From Balanoglossus misakiensis (Eukaryota > Animalia > Hemichordata), in assembly GCA_040954595.2 (NCBI GenBank), contig CM082581.2, positions 1,108,699 to 1,172,698 on the forward strand: a stretch of 64,000 nt of DNA, given 5' to 3'. Both the position numbers and the translations under genes were made by a program. Positions within the stretch are counted from its first letter, which is position 1, and each line of letters begins with the position of its first letter. Positions 1 through 12,694 of the stretch are shown piece after piece. The notes below the pieces were generated by a model, which did no database searches, had not been told where the DNA came from, and was given only the letters and a program-made list of their open reading frames with translations.

Positions 1-3000
1 ACTCAAAATTAATGGGCAGAACACTGTCCACTATGGCCTGGTTACTGTGTGCTCTGGTTAATGTTGACGCAAAGGTTGACCCCACCAAACACTCAAAATT
101 AATGGGCAGCACACTGTCCACTACGGCCTGGTTACTGTGTGCTCTGGTTAATGTTGACGCAAAGGTTGACCCCACCAAACACTCAAAATTAATGGGCAGA
201 ACACTGTCCACTACGGCCTGGTTACTGTGTGCTCTGGTTAATGTTGACGCAAAGGTTGACCCCACCAAACACTCAAAATTAATGGGCAGAACACTGTCCA
301 CTACGGCCTGGTTACTGTGTGCTCTGGTTAATGTTGACGCAAAGGTTGACCCCACCAAACACTCAAAATTAATGGGCAGAACACTGTCCACTACGGCCTG
401 GTTACTGTGTGCTCTGGTTAATGTTGACGCAAAGGTTGACCCCACCAAACACTCAAAATTAATGGGCAGAACACTGTCCACTACGGCCTGGTTACTGTGT
501 GCTCTGGTTAATGTTGACGCAAAGGTTGACCCCACCAAACACTCAAAATTAATGGGCAGCACACTGTCCACTATGGCCTGGTTACTGTGTGCTCTGGTTA
601 ATGTTGACGCAAAGGTTGACCCCACCAAACACTCAAAATTAATGGGCAGAACACTGTCCACTACGGCCTGGTTACTGTGTGCTCTGGTTAATGTTGACGC
701 AAAGGTTGACCCCACCAAACACTCAAAATTAATGGGCAGAACACTGTCCACTATGGCCTGGTTACTGTGTGCTCTGGTTAATGTTGACGCAAAGGTTGAC
801 CCCACCAAACACTCAAAATTAATGGGCAGAACACTGTCCACTACGGCCTGGTTACTGTGTGCTCTGGTTAATGTTGACGCAAAGGTTGACCCCACCAAAC
901 ACTCAAAATTAATGGGCAGAACACTGTCCACTACGGCCTGGTTACTGTGTGCTCTGGTTAATGTTGACGCAAAGGTTGACCCCACCAAACACTCAAAATT
1001 AATGGGCAGCACACTGTCCACTATGGCCTGGTTACTGTGTGCTCTGGTTAATGTTGACGCAAAGGTTGACCCCACCAAACACTCAAAATTAATGGGCAGA
1101 ACACTGTCCACTACGGCCTGGTTACTGTGTGCTCTGGTTAATGTTGACGCAAAGGTTGACCCCCACCAAACACTCAAAATTAATGGGCACGATACTGGCC
1201 ACTCTGGCCTAGTTAATGTTGACGCAAAGGTTGACCCCACCAAACACTCAAAATTAATGGGCACGATACTGGCCACTCTGGCCTAGTTAATGTTGACGCA
1301 AAGGTTGACCCCACCAAACACTCATAATTAATGGGCACGATACTGGCCACTCTGGCCTAGTTAATGTTGACGCAAAGGTTGACCCCACCAAACACTCAAA
1401 ATTAATGGGCACGATACTGGCCACTCTGGCCTAGTTAATGTTGACGCAAAGGTTGAACCCACCAAACACTCAAAATTAATGGGCAGAACACTGTCCACTA
1501 TGGCCTGATTACTCTGTGCTCTGGTTAATGTTGACGCAAAGGTTGACCCCACCAAACACTCAAAATTAATGGGCAGCACACTGTCCACTATGGCCTGGTT
1601 ACTGTGTGCTCTGGTTAATGTTGACGCAAAGGTTGACCCCACCAAACACTCAAAATTAATGGGCAGAACACTGTCCACTACGGCCTGGTTACTGTGTGCT
1701 CTGGTTAATGTTGACGCAAAGGTTGACCCCACCAAACACTCAACATTAATGGGCAGCACACTGTCCACTATGGCCTGGTTACTGTGTGCTCTGGTTAATG
1801 TTGACGCAAAGGTTGACCCCACCAAACACTCAAAATTAATGGGCAGAACACTGTCCACTATGGCCTGGTTACTCTGTGCTCTGGTTAATGTTGACGCAAA
1901 GGTTGACCCCACCAAACACTCAAAATTAATGGGCAGAACACTGTCCACTATGGCCTGGTTACTCTGTGCTCTGGTTAATGTTGACGCAAAGGTTGACCCC
2001 ACCAAACACTCAAAATTAATGGGCAGAACACTGTCCACTACGGCCTGGTTACTGTGTGCTCTGGTTAATGTTGACGCAAAGGTTGACCCCACCAAACACT
2101 CAAAATTAATGGGCAGAACACTGTCCACTACGGCCTGGTTACTGTGTGCTCTGGTTAATGTTGACGCAAAGGTTGACCCCCACCAAACACTCAAAATTAA
2201 TGGGCACGATACTGGCCACTCTGGCCTAGTTAATGTTGACGCAAAGGTTGACCCCACCAAACACTCAAAATTAATGGGCACGATACTGGCCACTCTGGCC
2301 TAGTTAATGTTGACGCAAAGGTTGACCCCACCAAACACTCAAAATTAATGGGCACGATACTGGCCACTCTGGCCTAGTTAATGTTGACGCAAAGGTTGAC
2401 CCCACCAAACACTCAAAATTAATGGGCACGATACTGGCCACTCTGGCCTAGTTAATGTTGACGCAAAGGTTGAACCCACCAAACACTCAAAATTAATGGG
2501 CAGAACACTGTCCACTATGGCCTGGTTACTCTGTGCTCTGGTTAATGTTGACGCAAAGGTTGACCCCACCAAACACTCAAAATTAATGGGCAGCACACTG
2601 TCCACTATGGCCTGGTTACTGTGTGCTCTGGTTAATGTTGACGCAAAGGTTGACCCCACCAAACACTCAAAATTAATGGGCAGAACACTGTCCACTACGG
2701 CCTGGTTACTGTGTGCTCTGGTTAATGTTGACGCAAAGGTTGACCCCACCAAACACTCAAAATTAATGGGCAGCACACTGTCCACTATGGCCTGGTTACT
2801 GTGTGCTCTGGTTAATGTTGACGCAAAGGTTGACCCCACCAAACACTCAAAATTAATGGGCAGAACACTGTCCACTACGGCCTGGTTACTGTGTGCTCTG
2901 GTTAATGTTGACGCAAAGGTTGACCCCACCAAACACTCAAAATTAATGGGCAGAACACTGTCCACTACGGCCTGGTTACTGTGTGCTCTGGTTAATGTTG

Positions 3001-6000
3001 ACGCAAAGGTTGACCCCACCAAACACTCAAAATTAATGGGCAGAACACTGTCCACTATGGCCTGGTTACTGTGTGCTCTGGTTAATGTTGACGCAAAGGT
3101 TGACCCCACCAAACACTCAAAATTAATGGGCAGCACACTGTCCACTACGGCCTGGTTACTGTGTGCTCTGGTTAATGTTGACGCAAAGGTTGACCCCACC
3201 AAACACTCAAAATTAATGGGCAGAACACTGTCCACTACGGCCTGGTTACTGTGTGCTCTGGTTAATGTTGACGCAAAGGTTGACCCCACCAAACACTCAA
3301 AATTAATGGGCAGAACACTGTCCACTATGGCCTGGTTACTGTGTGCTCTGGTTAATGTTGACGCAAAGGTTGACCCCACCAAACACTCAAAATTAATGGG
3401 CAGAACACTGTCCACTACGGCCTGGTTACTGTGTGCTCTGGTTAATGTTGACGCAAAGGTTGACCCCACCAAACACTCAAAATTAATGGGCAGAACACTG
3501 TCCACTACGGCCTGGTTACTGTGTGCTCTGGTTAATGTTGACGCAAAGGTTGACCCCACCAAACACTCAAAATTAATGGGCAGCACACTGTCCACTATGG
3601 CCTGGTTACTGTGTGCTCTGGTTAATGTTGACGCAAAGGTTGACCCCACCACACACTCAAAATTAATGGGCAGAACACTGTCCACTACGGCCTGGTTACT
3701 GTGTGCTCTGGTTAATGTTGACGCAAAGGTTGACCCCCACCAAACACTCAAAATTAATGGGCACGATACTGGCCACTCTGGCCTAGTTAATGTTGACGCA
3801 AAGGTTGACCCCACCAAACACTCAAAATTAATGGGCACGATACTGGCCACTCTGGCCTAGTTAATGTTGACGCAAAGGTTGACCCCACCAAACACTCAAA
3901 ATTAATGGGCACGATACTGGCCACTCTGGCCTAGTTAATGTTGACGCAAAGGTTGACCCCACCAAACACTCAAAATTAATGGGCACGATACTGGCCACTC
4001 TGGCCTAGTTAATGTTGACGCAAAGGTTGACCCCACCAAACACTCAAAATTAATGGGCACGATACTGGCCACTCTGGCCTACTTAATGTTGACGCAAAGG
4101 TTGACCGCACCAAACACTCAAAATTAATGGGCAGAACACTGTCCACTACGGCCTGGTTACTGTGTGCTCTGGTTAATGTTGACGCAAAGGTTGACCCCAC
4201 CAAACACTCAAAATTAATGGGCAGAACACTGTCCACTCGACCTGGTTACTGTGTGCTCTGGTTAATGTTGACGCAAAGGTTGACCCCACCAAACACTCAA
4301 AATTAATGGGCAGAACACTGTCCACTACGGCCTGGTTACTGTGTGCTCTGGTTAATGTTGACGCAAAGGTTGACCCCACCAAACACTCAAAATTAATGGG
4401 CAGCACACTGTCCACTATGGCCTGGTTACTGTGTGCTCTGGTTAATGTTGACGCAAAGGTTGACCCCACCAAACACTCAAAATTAATGGGCAGAACACTG
4501 TCCACTACGGCCTGGTTACTGTGTGCTCTGGTTAATGTTGACGCAAAGGTTGACCCCCATCAAACACTCAAAATTAATGGGCACGATACTGGCCACTCTG
4601 GCCTGGTTACTGTGTGCTCTGGTTAATGTTGACGCAAAGGTTGACCCCACCAAACACTCAAAATTAATGGGCAGAACACTGTCCACTACGGCCTGGTTAC
4701 TGTGTGCTCTGGTTAATGTTGACGCAAAGGTTGACCCCACCAAACACTCAAAATTAATGGGCAGAACACTGTCCACTACGGCCTGGTTACTGTGTGCTCT
4801 GGTTAATGTTGACGCAAAGGTTGACCCCACCAAACACTCAAAATTAATGGGCAGAACACTGTCCACTATGGCCTGGTTACTGTGTGCTCTGGTTAATGTT
4901 GACGCAAAGGTTGACCCCACCAAACACTCAAAATTAATGGGCAGAACACTGTCCACTACGGCCTGGTTACTGTGTGCTCTGGTTAATGTTGACGCAAAGG
5001 TTGACCCCACCAAACACTCAAAATTAATGGGCACGATACTGGCCACTCTGGCCTACTTAATGTTGACGCAAAGGTTGACCCCACCAAACACTCAAAATTA
5101 ATGGGCAGAACACTGTCCACTACGGCCTGGTTACTGTGTGCTCTGGTTAATGTTGACGCAAAGGTTGACCCCACCAAACACTCAAAATTAATGGGCAGAA
5201 CACTGTCCACTCGACCTGGTTACTGTGTGCTCTGGTTAATGTTGACGCAAAGGTTGACCCCACCAAACACTCAAAATTAATGGGCAGAACACTGTCCACT
5301 ACGGCCTGGTTACTGTGTGCTCTGGTTAATGTTGACGCAAAGGTTGACCCCACCAAACACTCAAAATTAATGGGCAGCACACTGTCCACTATGGCCTGGT
5401 TACTGTGTGCTCTGGTTAATGTTGACGCAAAGGTTGACCCCACCAAACACTCAAAATTAATGGGCAGAACACTGTCCACTACGGCCTGGTTACTGTGTGC
5501 TCTGGTTAATGTTGACGCAAAGGTTGACCCCCATCAAACACTCAAAATTAATGGGCACGATACTGGCCACTCTGGCCTGGTTACTGTGTGCTCTGGTTAA
5601 TGTTGACGCAAAGGTTGACCCCACCAAACACTCAAAATTAATGGGCAGAACACTGTCCACTACGGCCTGGTTACTGTGTGCTCTGGTTAATGTTGACGCA
5701 AAGGTTGACCCCACCAAACACTCAAAATTAATGGGCAGAACACTGTCCACTACGGCCTGGTTACTGTGTGCTCTGGTTAATGTTGACGCAAAGGTTGACC
5801 CCACCAAACACTCAAAATTAATGGGCAGAACACTGTCCACTATGGCCTGGTTACTGTGTGCTCTGGTTAATGTTGACGCAAAGGTTGACCCCACCAAACA
5901 CTCAAAATTAATGGGCAGAACACTGTCCACTACGGCCTGGTTACTGTGTGCTCTGGTTAATGTTGACGCAAAGGTTGACCCCACCAAACACTCAAAATTA

Positions 6001-7430
6001 ATGGGCAGCACACTGTCCACTATGGCCTGGTTACTGTGTGCTCTGGTTAATGTTGACGCAAAGGTTGACCCCACCAAACACTCAAAATTAATGGGCAGAA
6101 CACTGTCCACTACGGCCTGGTTACTGTGTGCTCTGGTTAATGTTGACGCAAAGGTTGACCCCACCAAACACTCAAAATTAATGGGCAGAACACTGTCCAC
6201 TATGGCCTGGTTACTGTGTGCTCTGGTTAATGTTGACGCAAAGGTTGACCCCACCAAACACTCAAAATTAATGGGCAGAACACTGTCCACTACGGCCTGG
6301 TTACTGTGTGCTCTGGTTAATGTTGACGCAAAGGTTGACCCCACCAAACACTCAAAATTAATGGGCAGAACACTGTCCACTACGGCCTGGTTACTGTGTG
6401 CTCTGGTTAATGTTGACGCAAAGGTTGACCCCACCAAACACTCAAAATTAATGGGCAGAACACTGTCCACTATGGCCTGGTTACTGTGTGCTCTGGTTAA
6501 TGTTGACGCAAAGGTTGACCCCACCAAACACTCAAAATTAATGGGCAGCACACTGTCCACTATGGCCTGGTTACTGTGTGCTCTGGTTAATGTTGACGCA
6601 AAGGTTGACCCCACCAAACACTCAAAATTAATGGGCAGAACACTGTCCACTACGGCCTGGTTACTGTGTGCTCTGGTTAATGTTGACGCAAAGGTTGACC
6701 CCCACCAAACACTCAAAATTAATGGGCACGATACTGGCCACTCTGGCCTAGTTAATGTTGACGCAAAGGTTGACCCCACCAAACACTCAAAATTAATGGG
6801 CAAGATACTGGCCACTCTGGCCTAGTTAATGTTGACGCAAAGGTTGACCCCACCAAACACTCAAAATTAATGGGCATGATACTGGCCACTCTGGCCTAGT
6901 TAATGTTGACGCAAAGGTTGACCCCACCAAACACTCAAAATTAATGGGCACGATACTGGCCACTCTGGCCTAGTTAATGTTGACGCAAAGGTTGACCCCA
7001 CCAAACACTCAAAATTAATGGGCAGAACACTGTCCACTACGGCCTGGTTACTGTGTGCTCTGGTTAATGTTGACGCAAAGGTTGACCCCACCAAACACTC
7101 AAAATTAATGGGCAGAACACTGTCCACTACGGCCTGGTTACTGTGTGCTCTGGTTAATGTTGACGCAAAGGTTGACCCCACCAAACACTCAAAATTAATG
7201 GGCAGAACACTGTCCACTACGGCCTGGTTACTGTGTGCTCTGGTTAATGTTGACGCAAAGGTTGACCCCACCAAACACTCAAAATTAATGGGCAGCACAC
7301 TGTCCACTATGGCCTGGTTACTGTGTGCTCTGGTTAATGTTGACGCAAAGGTTGACCCCACCAAACACTCAAAATTAATGGGCAGAACACTGTCCACTAC
7401 GGCCTGGTTACTGTGTGCTCTGGTTAATGT
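1..7430. repeat. 90-bp tandem satellite with 74-bp variant monomers; left end outside window
   Basis: The monomer ACTCAAAATTAATGGGCAGAACACTGTCCACTAYGGCCTGGTTACTGTGTGCTCTGGTTAATGTTGACGCAAAGGTTGACCCCACCAAAC repeats every 90 bp. The 74-bp variant (...GGGCACGATACTGGCCACTCTGGCCTA) forms clusters at about 1138-1433, 2155-2450, 3712-4081 and 6677-6972. The array ends abruptly at about 7430. Confidence 0.99.
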
Positions 7431-7664
7431 TAATGGTAGGTCGTGGCTGTCTCATTTCAGGGATTTGTGGACTAAATGTCAATCTTTGTACTATTCGTAC
7501 ATGAAACTTTTCTTTCAAATACAACTTACAGACCAACATAGACAGTCATGCTTATATAAGTATGACTATCTATTAAAGTAACATTCATATCATGATTGTT
7601 GTTTTACACTGTGTTTTCAAAGTAATTGTTGCAGTAAACCAATTGCCTTGCTTGGAAATATTAA

Positions 7665-7771
7665 AAGGGAAGTCCTGTTCAGCTGATTTATGCATAATTT
7701 CTACACAATGTTTTTTTCTGAAAGAATGACCTCAAAGCTACCCAATTATGTAGCTGAACCGGACTTCCCCT
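7665..7771. mobile_element. Short MITE, TTAA TSD, purine-purine termini (Kolobok-like)
   Basis: TTAA at 7661-7664 and 7772-7775. Imperfect TIRs AAGGGAAGTCCTGTTCAGCT / AGCTGAACCGGACTTCCCCT. A related right end lies at about 11330-11395. Confidence 0.75.
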
Positions 7772-8072
7772 TTAAATGCTACCAGTGAGCTTGTTTGTCT
7801 TTGTAAATACACTCAAGTATTAATCCCCTTTTTCTCAGAATTCAATGCATCTTCATGCCATGAGGTGAGAGGACACTTTTGTTAGCAGGAGGGAAACAAA
7901 TCCAAAATAAATAATAACAGTGCAAAGTTGGTCTGCTGACTTTCTCCACATTTCATTATTGAATTACGGCAAAATTATGAAATCCAATTATGAAATTCAG
8001 CTTTTTGTCCACTTTTTGTTGCTGCAAATTCATTGCGGTATAAAGGTCAATAATATGACAAATCTTGGTTAA

Positions 8073-8257
8073 AAGTATACAGTCACCTTCAATACACATT
8101 CCCATATATGGCTGAATGGCGTATTTGAGCATTCTAAAGAACATATGGTGGCGCCTGTTTTCCACGTGTGCCACCAAATGAAAATCTGTGATTGGCTAGA
8201 TTTCAATTTTCCATGGTAACTATATATAGCTAATTTTCCATGGGTGATCATATACCT
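8073..8257. mobile_element. MITE with TTAA TSD (Kolobok-like)
   Basis: TTAA at 8069-8072 and 8258-8261. TIRs AAGTATACAGTCACC / GGTGATCATATACCT. An inverted partial copy begins at 24181. Confidence 0.7.
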
Positions 8258-8286
8258 TTAACTCTATAGTTTAACATGATACTTAC

Positions 8287-8472
8287 GAACACATGATTGG
8301 TTAAAAGTGTAGACATCATACATTGAGAGACCAGTTTCTCCAGGTGGCAGATAGAATCCACCTGTGCCGTTATTTGCATATAAGAGATAGCCTTCTTCAC
8401 AGGAACATTGAAAACCACCTGCAGTGTTTTTACAAAGTTGATCACAAGAATGTGAAGCACATTCATTTATAT
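8287..8472 (-). pseudogene. Exon: Ca-binding EGF domain with Uif-type insert
   Basis: tag|...|gtaagt, 186 bp, phase 1-1. Reads DINECASHSCDQLCKNTAGGFQCSCEEGYLLYANNGTGGFYLPPGETGLSMYDVYTFNQSCV. Confidence 0.93.
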
Positions 8473-8524
8473 CTACAAAGAAGGAACATGGATTGGATTA
8501 AAACAATGTACGTTCAGTAAAATT

Positions 8525-8850
8525 GAAAGTATTGTCATTTCTTTTAATCGTGAATTTTGGGATTATCTTGTGTACGTACAAGATGAATCTGTGATAAAAT
8601 AAAGGCGTCACCTTGCTTGCTTTTGAAATACAAGGCCATTAATTTAGTTGATAATAGAAGAAACCTGCTGACTCAGCATGGTTCACCAATGGTTTGTCTA
8701 TGGACAAAAACCTTAAAGAAATTTATCTCAAAATAGAGCATTGTAATCACACAATTTTATTTGACCAATGATTTTATATTTACTAGACTGAGCTATGTGT
8801 AAAATTTCGTGAAAATGACAATAGTAGAAGTTTGTTTTCTAGCAATTATC
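8525..8850 (-). repeat. Dispersed repeat, family shared with about 9920-10050 and 28655-28945
   Basis: Its reverse complement matches 28655-28945 (e.g. TTGTCATTTTCA.GAAATTTTACACATAGCTC). 9920-10050 shares ATTATCGACTAAATTCA...ATTTTCATTATACATACA with 28825-28900. Confidence 0.65.
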
Positions 8851-8987
8851 AATGTAATCCTATGAGACACCTGAGATTAAAAGGTCATTCCAAAAATTTA
8901 TCCGGAATTCTGAAATAAGTTCGGAATGTGTTAAATGTGAAAATAGTGACTTGAAGTTATGTTGCAAGTGACTTGTTTATGTCTCAC

Positions 8988-9116
8988 CTTTGCATGCTGT
9001 TCCATTCACATCTGGTTCAAATCCCACCAAACATGCACACTGATAGTCACCATCTCTATTTTCACAGACTTGATTGATTCCACACCGTGCCACCAATGTA
9101 CTACATTCATTGATAT
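8988..9116 (-). pseudogene. Exon: Ca-binding EGF domain
   Basis: cag|...|gtgaga, 129 bp, phase 1-1. Reads DINECSTLVARCGINQVCENRDGDYQCACLVGFEPDVNGTACK. Confidence 0.93.
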
Positions 9117-9592
9117 CTGAAATGTTATTCATCAAGATATGATCAAAATCCCACAGGTCCGCTGGTAAATTCAGACCAACAAGTTTAGCTGGGAACCACC
9201 AGACCAACAGGAAATTTTCACAAACAAATTTTCGCGAACTATGCAAGAGCCAAAAAAAAAGACATTTTTGCGTAAAAAACTATTTTCAGTGATAACAATG
9301 TAGTGAAATACGAGAACATGAAAATTAATCGTCTCATAACAGTTTCTGCTTTTGATATCGCAAAAAATTTCTTTGTCGCGAAAATTTCCTGTTTTACAGT
9401 AATCAATGAAAAATAAAATTACGAAAATCATGAAATTTCTGACAGCCATAGATTTGCATGGCATGAACTGTATGTCCTATCAGCATGTAGTTTAGGTGAC
9501 ATTTATGATAAATAGTCAAATTACTGGAGTGATCGATTACGGTACCTCATAAGCAGACAACCACATGAAGACCAATCTTGATGTGAACTTAC

Positions 9593-9775
9593 CAATGCAT
9601 GATGGTATTGCACTATTCCACTGTAAATCGGATTGACAAGTCAGGTAATCAGCACCATTTAATTCATAGCCAGCATTACAATAGAATGTGATGTTACTGC
9701 CCATATAATATGGTCCACTATCAGGGACAGCTTGTAGATGTGGGTCTGTTATGAGTATATCACTGCAGTTCAATC
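9593..9775 (-). pseudogene. Exon: sushi/CCP domain 4
   Basis: cag|...|gtaagt, 183 bp. Reads LNCSD...FYCNAGYELNGADYLTCQSDLQWNSAIPSCI. Confidence 0.93.
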
Positions 9776-10085
9776 CTGCAAGTAAAAAAAATAAAACACT
9801 ATGTGGATGCAGACTTGATTGTGGTATATATATTGGGTATCTGTATTCTGTCACAACTTTAACATTTTCACCCCAAGTTCCCACTATAAAAGTCCAGATA
9901 CCATTGACTCCTTTTTTTCAATTATCGACTAAATTCATGACTCTGTATTTCAAAAACAAGCGTGGTGACCCCTATATTTTATCACAAATTTTCATTATAC
10001 ATACATAGGATAATCCAAAAATTAACAATTAAAAGAAATGACCATATTTTCAATTTTACTGAATGTACATCGTTAAATGACTTAC

Positions 10086-10268
10086 GTTGACAGTATCCTG
10101 GATCTCCAATCCATGATCCATCTTCACCACATGTAGAGACAGTGTAGCCAGTCAGACTGTAGCCAGATGGACATGAGTAGGCAACGGTTGTTCCAAAAAT
10201 CAATGAATCACCATTAACAATTTCATATGATAAGTAGTTGTCTACATTCGGTGGTGGACACTCGCGAG
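10086..10268 (-). pseudogene. Exon: sushi/CCP domain 3
   Basis: cag|...|gtaagt, 183 bp. Reads ECPPP...YSCPSGYSLTGYTVSTCGEDGSWIGDPGYCQ. Confidence 0.93.
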
Positions 10269-10566
10269 CTGTTTGGATAAGATGAACAGATAACATTACA
10301 AGTGTGTTAATACTAGGAAAATGGTTTAAAGGGACATGCAGTAACCCTCACAATCCTGCATATTTTCAAGTTACCAGTGTCTGGTTTAACATTCAGTGTG
10401 TAATGTCCCAATTAGACACCCATGTGGAATGTAGCAACCAGCACAAAGTGCCCCATCATAACGCTATGGAGAGAATTTCAACTTGAGTCAGTGATTTTTA
10501 TGAAAACATGACAGTGAACACCCTGTGTTATACTTTGTTTTCAAAACGACTCATCACACACTTTAA

Positions 10567-10866
10567 AGCCTCTAGAGCTGCCAAATTTCACAATTTTTTT
10601 CTTTTCCACAGTAAAACCTTTCAAATCTATGGTGATGCATACCACGATAGCTAGCTGCATACTGTTTGTATGGAGGCTGATTTTAATAAAATGGGTACGG
10701 CACCTGTTTAATACATTGCACGTTTAAATTGCAACATACAGCCACAATCAGGCATTGATGACATGTTCTTGTATCCCTATCAGTAAGCTTAATTATTTCA
10801 ATGTACCAATCTACGTCGGAAAATAAAATCTGAAAATAAATGCAAAAAGTGGCAGCTCTAGTGGCT
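10567..10866. mobile_element. MITE with TTAA TSD (Kolobok-like)
   Basis: TTAA at 10563-10566 and 10867-10870. TIRs AGCCTCTAGAGCTGCCA / TGGCAGCTCTAGTGGCT. Confidence 0.8.
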
Positions 10867-10970
10867 TTAAAGCACTGAAAGGTTCAGAGGACTAACATTT
10901 TTTCTGAAAATCCGTCTCCTAAGTGTGCACTACAATGGCAGTTTAATTGTTTTCAAAAATATCAACTTAC

Positions 10971-11150
10971 GCTCGCATTGGGGCACAAGTGGACCCCAGA
11001 CACCATCTGCTTGGCATTCCAATGAAGACACATTATTTATAAACTGATAGCCCTCAATGCATTGATAATAAGCAATGCCACCATACACTGTACTGGTAAC
11101 ATTGGTAAGAATTCCATTGCTGCACTCAGGGGGTCCACCACATGTTATTC
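10971..11150 (-). pseudogene. Exon: sushi/CCP domain 2 (not in ORF track)
   Basis: tag|...|gtaagt, 180 bp. Reads ITCGGPPECSNG...YQCIEGYQFINNVSSLECQADGVWGPLVPQCE. Confidence 0.92.
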
Positions 11151-11395
11151 CTAAAAAATAAACAACAAATTAGTGTCATTCAAGTTGTTGCTAACAATAG
11201 ATTCAAGAGACAAATTAAGTCTCTCTCATCACTGCACTTTTTTCATTAATTATCTTGGATACAAGACACCAGGCTAGGCATATTTGCATAGCTGGTACGA
11301 CTTATACACGGCGAAAATGTTTTTTTTTTCCTGAAAGAGTGACCTCAAAGCTACAAAATTATGTAGATATCAGCTAGACCGGACATCCCCTTTAA

Positions 11396-11496
11396 CTACT
11401 GGATAACCGTCCGAGCATTGGAATGAGACAGAGACATCATACCTTCTATCTCTGTACTGGTCACCACGCCCTCACTAATCACAATTTCGGGACAGT
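11396..11496 (-). pseudogene. Exon remnant: sushi/CCP domain 1, frameshifted and truncated
   Basis: cag acceptor. DCPEIVISEGVVTST continues as RRYDVSVSFQCSDGYPV only after a frameshift (ACAGAGATAGA). It then runs into a TTAA-AGGGGATGTCCGG MITE end. The second half of the domain and the donor were not found. Confidence 0.8.
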
Positions 11497-11568
11497 CTGT
11501 CAGAACAAGGATCACAATGATAAGAATGCATGCAGACAAATACTTAAACTCATAAATGTCAGTTGTTT

Positions 11569-11798
11569 TAAAGTGAAGGGGTCGTCGCAATGCGTTTGTT
11601 TATAAACATTACAATTCATCCACAAATCCCTCAAATAAAATAATTCTTAGAATGAACGAAGCAGCTGACAGTATCCTAGACTGTCCATGACAGCAACTGA
11701 AGATCCTAGTAGGTCGTGGCTGTCTAATTTCAGGGATTTGTGGATGAATTGCAATGTTTATAAACAAACAAACGCAGTGCGACGACCCCATCACTTTA
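11569..11798. mobile_element. Foldback MITE with about 65-bp imperfect TIRs
   Basis: TAAAGTGAAGGGGTCGTCGCAATGCGTTTG...TCCACAAATCCCT versus AGGGATTTGTGGA...AACGCAGTGCGACGACCCCATCACTTTA. Confidence 0.8.
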
Positions 11799-12014
11799 TT
11801 GAGTGTGATACAAGAGTGTTGCCATTCCTGTCAATGGTCCAAAATTGCATTGCAATTGTAAGAAATTACTGTCTCTGTTTTTCCAGCTCTTTGAAGTTTC
11901 GTAAAAAATCAAAAACATTTGCACCTTTCAATTAATGACTCTAAATCACAAGGAATAAAGGGAGAGTGTGTTTCTAAGAATTCTGTAACAACTTTTTCTG
12001 AAATGTTAGTAAGT

Positions 12015-12225
12015 TACTGTAAAACACTTTATTTTCGCGAGCAAGAGATTTTCGCGAAATACGCGAGAGCCAAAATAGCGTGAAAATAAAAAGTTGCGTA
12101 ATTTTTTTGAAGATAAAGATGCAATGAATGAAATAAGAGAACGCGAAAATTAACACTGGCGAAACAGTGGCCTCTCTCGATGTCGCGAAAAATTTCAACT
12201 CGTGAAAATAAAGTGTTTTACAGTA
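12015..12225. mobile_element. TA-flanked MITE, CTGTAAAA...TTTTACAG termini (Tc1/mariner-type)
   Basis: TA-CTGTAAAACACTTTATTTTCGCGAG / CTCGTGAAAATAAAGTGTTTTACAG-TA, rich in TTTTCGCG motifs. Relatives at 12454-12652, 12695-12904 and 19012-19206, with fragments at about 9210-9400 and 16980-17025. Confidence 0.8.
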
Positions 12226-12232
12226 TGTGTAC

Positions 12233-12416
12233 CTGGTGAAAATGAAGCCCTGAATCCTTTAGCTGGTCGTGTTCTACTACTCCTGAACACAACCGAAAAG
12301 TGTCCAATGTCTGTACGGCAATCGGGTGGTGGCACAGTGCCATCAATGACTCCATCAGAATTGCCACTCCATGGACCAATAATGACATCATCATCACTCT
12401 CAGTACCATTGTATAC
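12233..12416 (-). pseudogene. Exon: CUB3 second half
   Basis: aag|...|gtacac, 184 bp, phase 0-1. Reads VYNGTESDDDVIIGPWSG...FSVVFRSSRTRPAKGFRASFSP. Confidence 0.9.
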
Positions 12417-12453
12417 CTTCAGAAACAAAGACAAATTAAGCATGCATTGTAAA

Positions 12454-12652
12454 TACCGTAAAACGGGAAATCTTCACAACAGGAAATTTTCGCGATATCA
12501 AAGGTGGCTACTGTTACGCGACAATTAATTTTCATATTGGCATATTTTACTGCATTGTTATCTCTGAAGCATTTTAAGCGACTTTTTATTTTCATATTTT
12601 TTGGCTCTCACATAGTTTACGAAAATTTATCGTTCACGAAAATTTTATAGTA
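12454..12652. mobile_element. TA-flanked MITE, same family as 12015-12225
   Basis: TACCGTAAAACGGGAAA...AATTTTATAGTA, collinear with 19012-19206. Confidence 0.7.
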
Positions 12653-12694
12653 TTCAATCCTTGTTGCATTTCCTGCTGTAACAGCTACTCAACA

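Noticed and set aside
1-7430. CRISPR-like constant/variable alternation
   Set aside because: There are only two alternative variable segments, no unique spacers, no cas genes, and the context is eukaryotic.
12-7581. Long ORFs (up to 490 aa) of 30-aa repeats on both strands
   Set aside because: They are a by-product of a 90-bp monomer lacking stops in one frame per strand. They break at indels and 74-bp monomers and show no codon-level signature.
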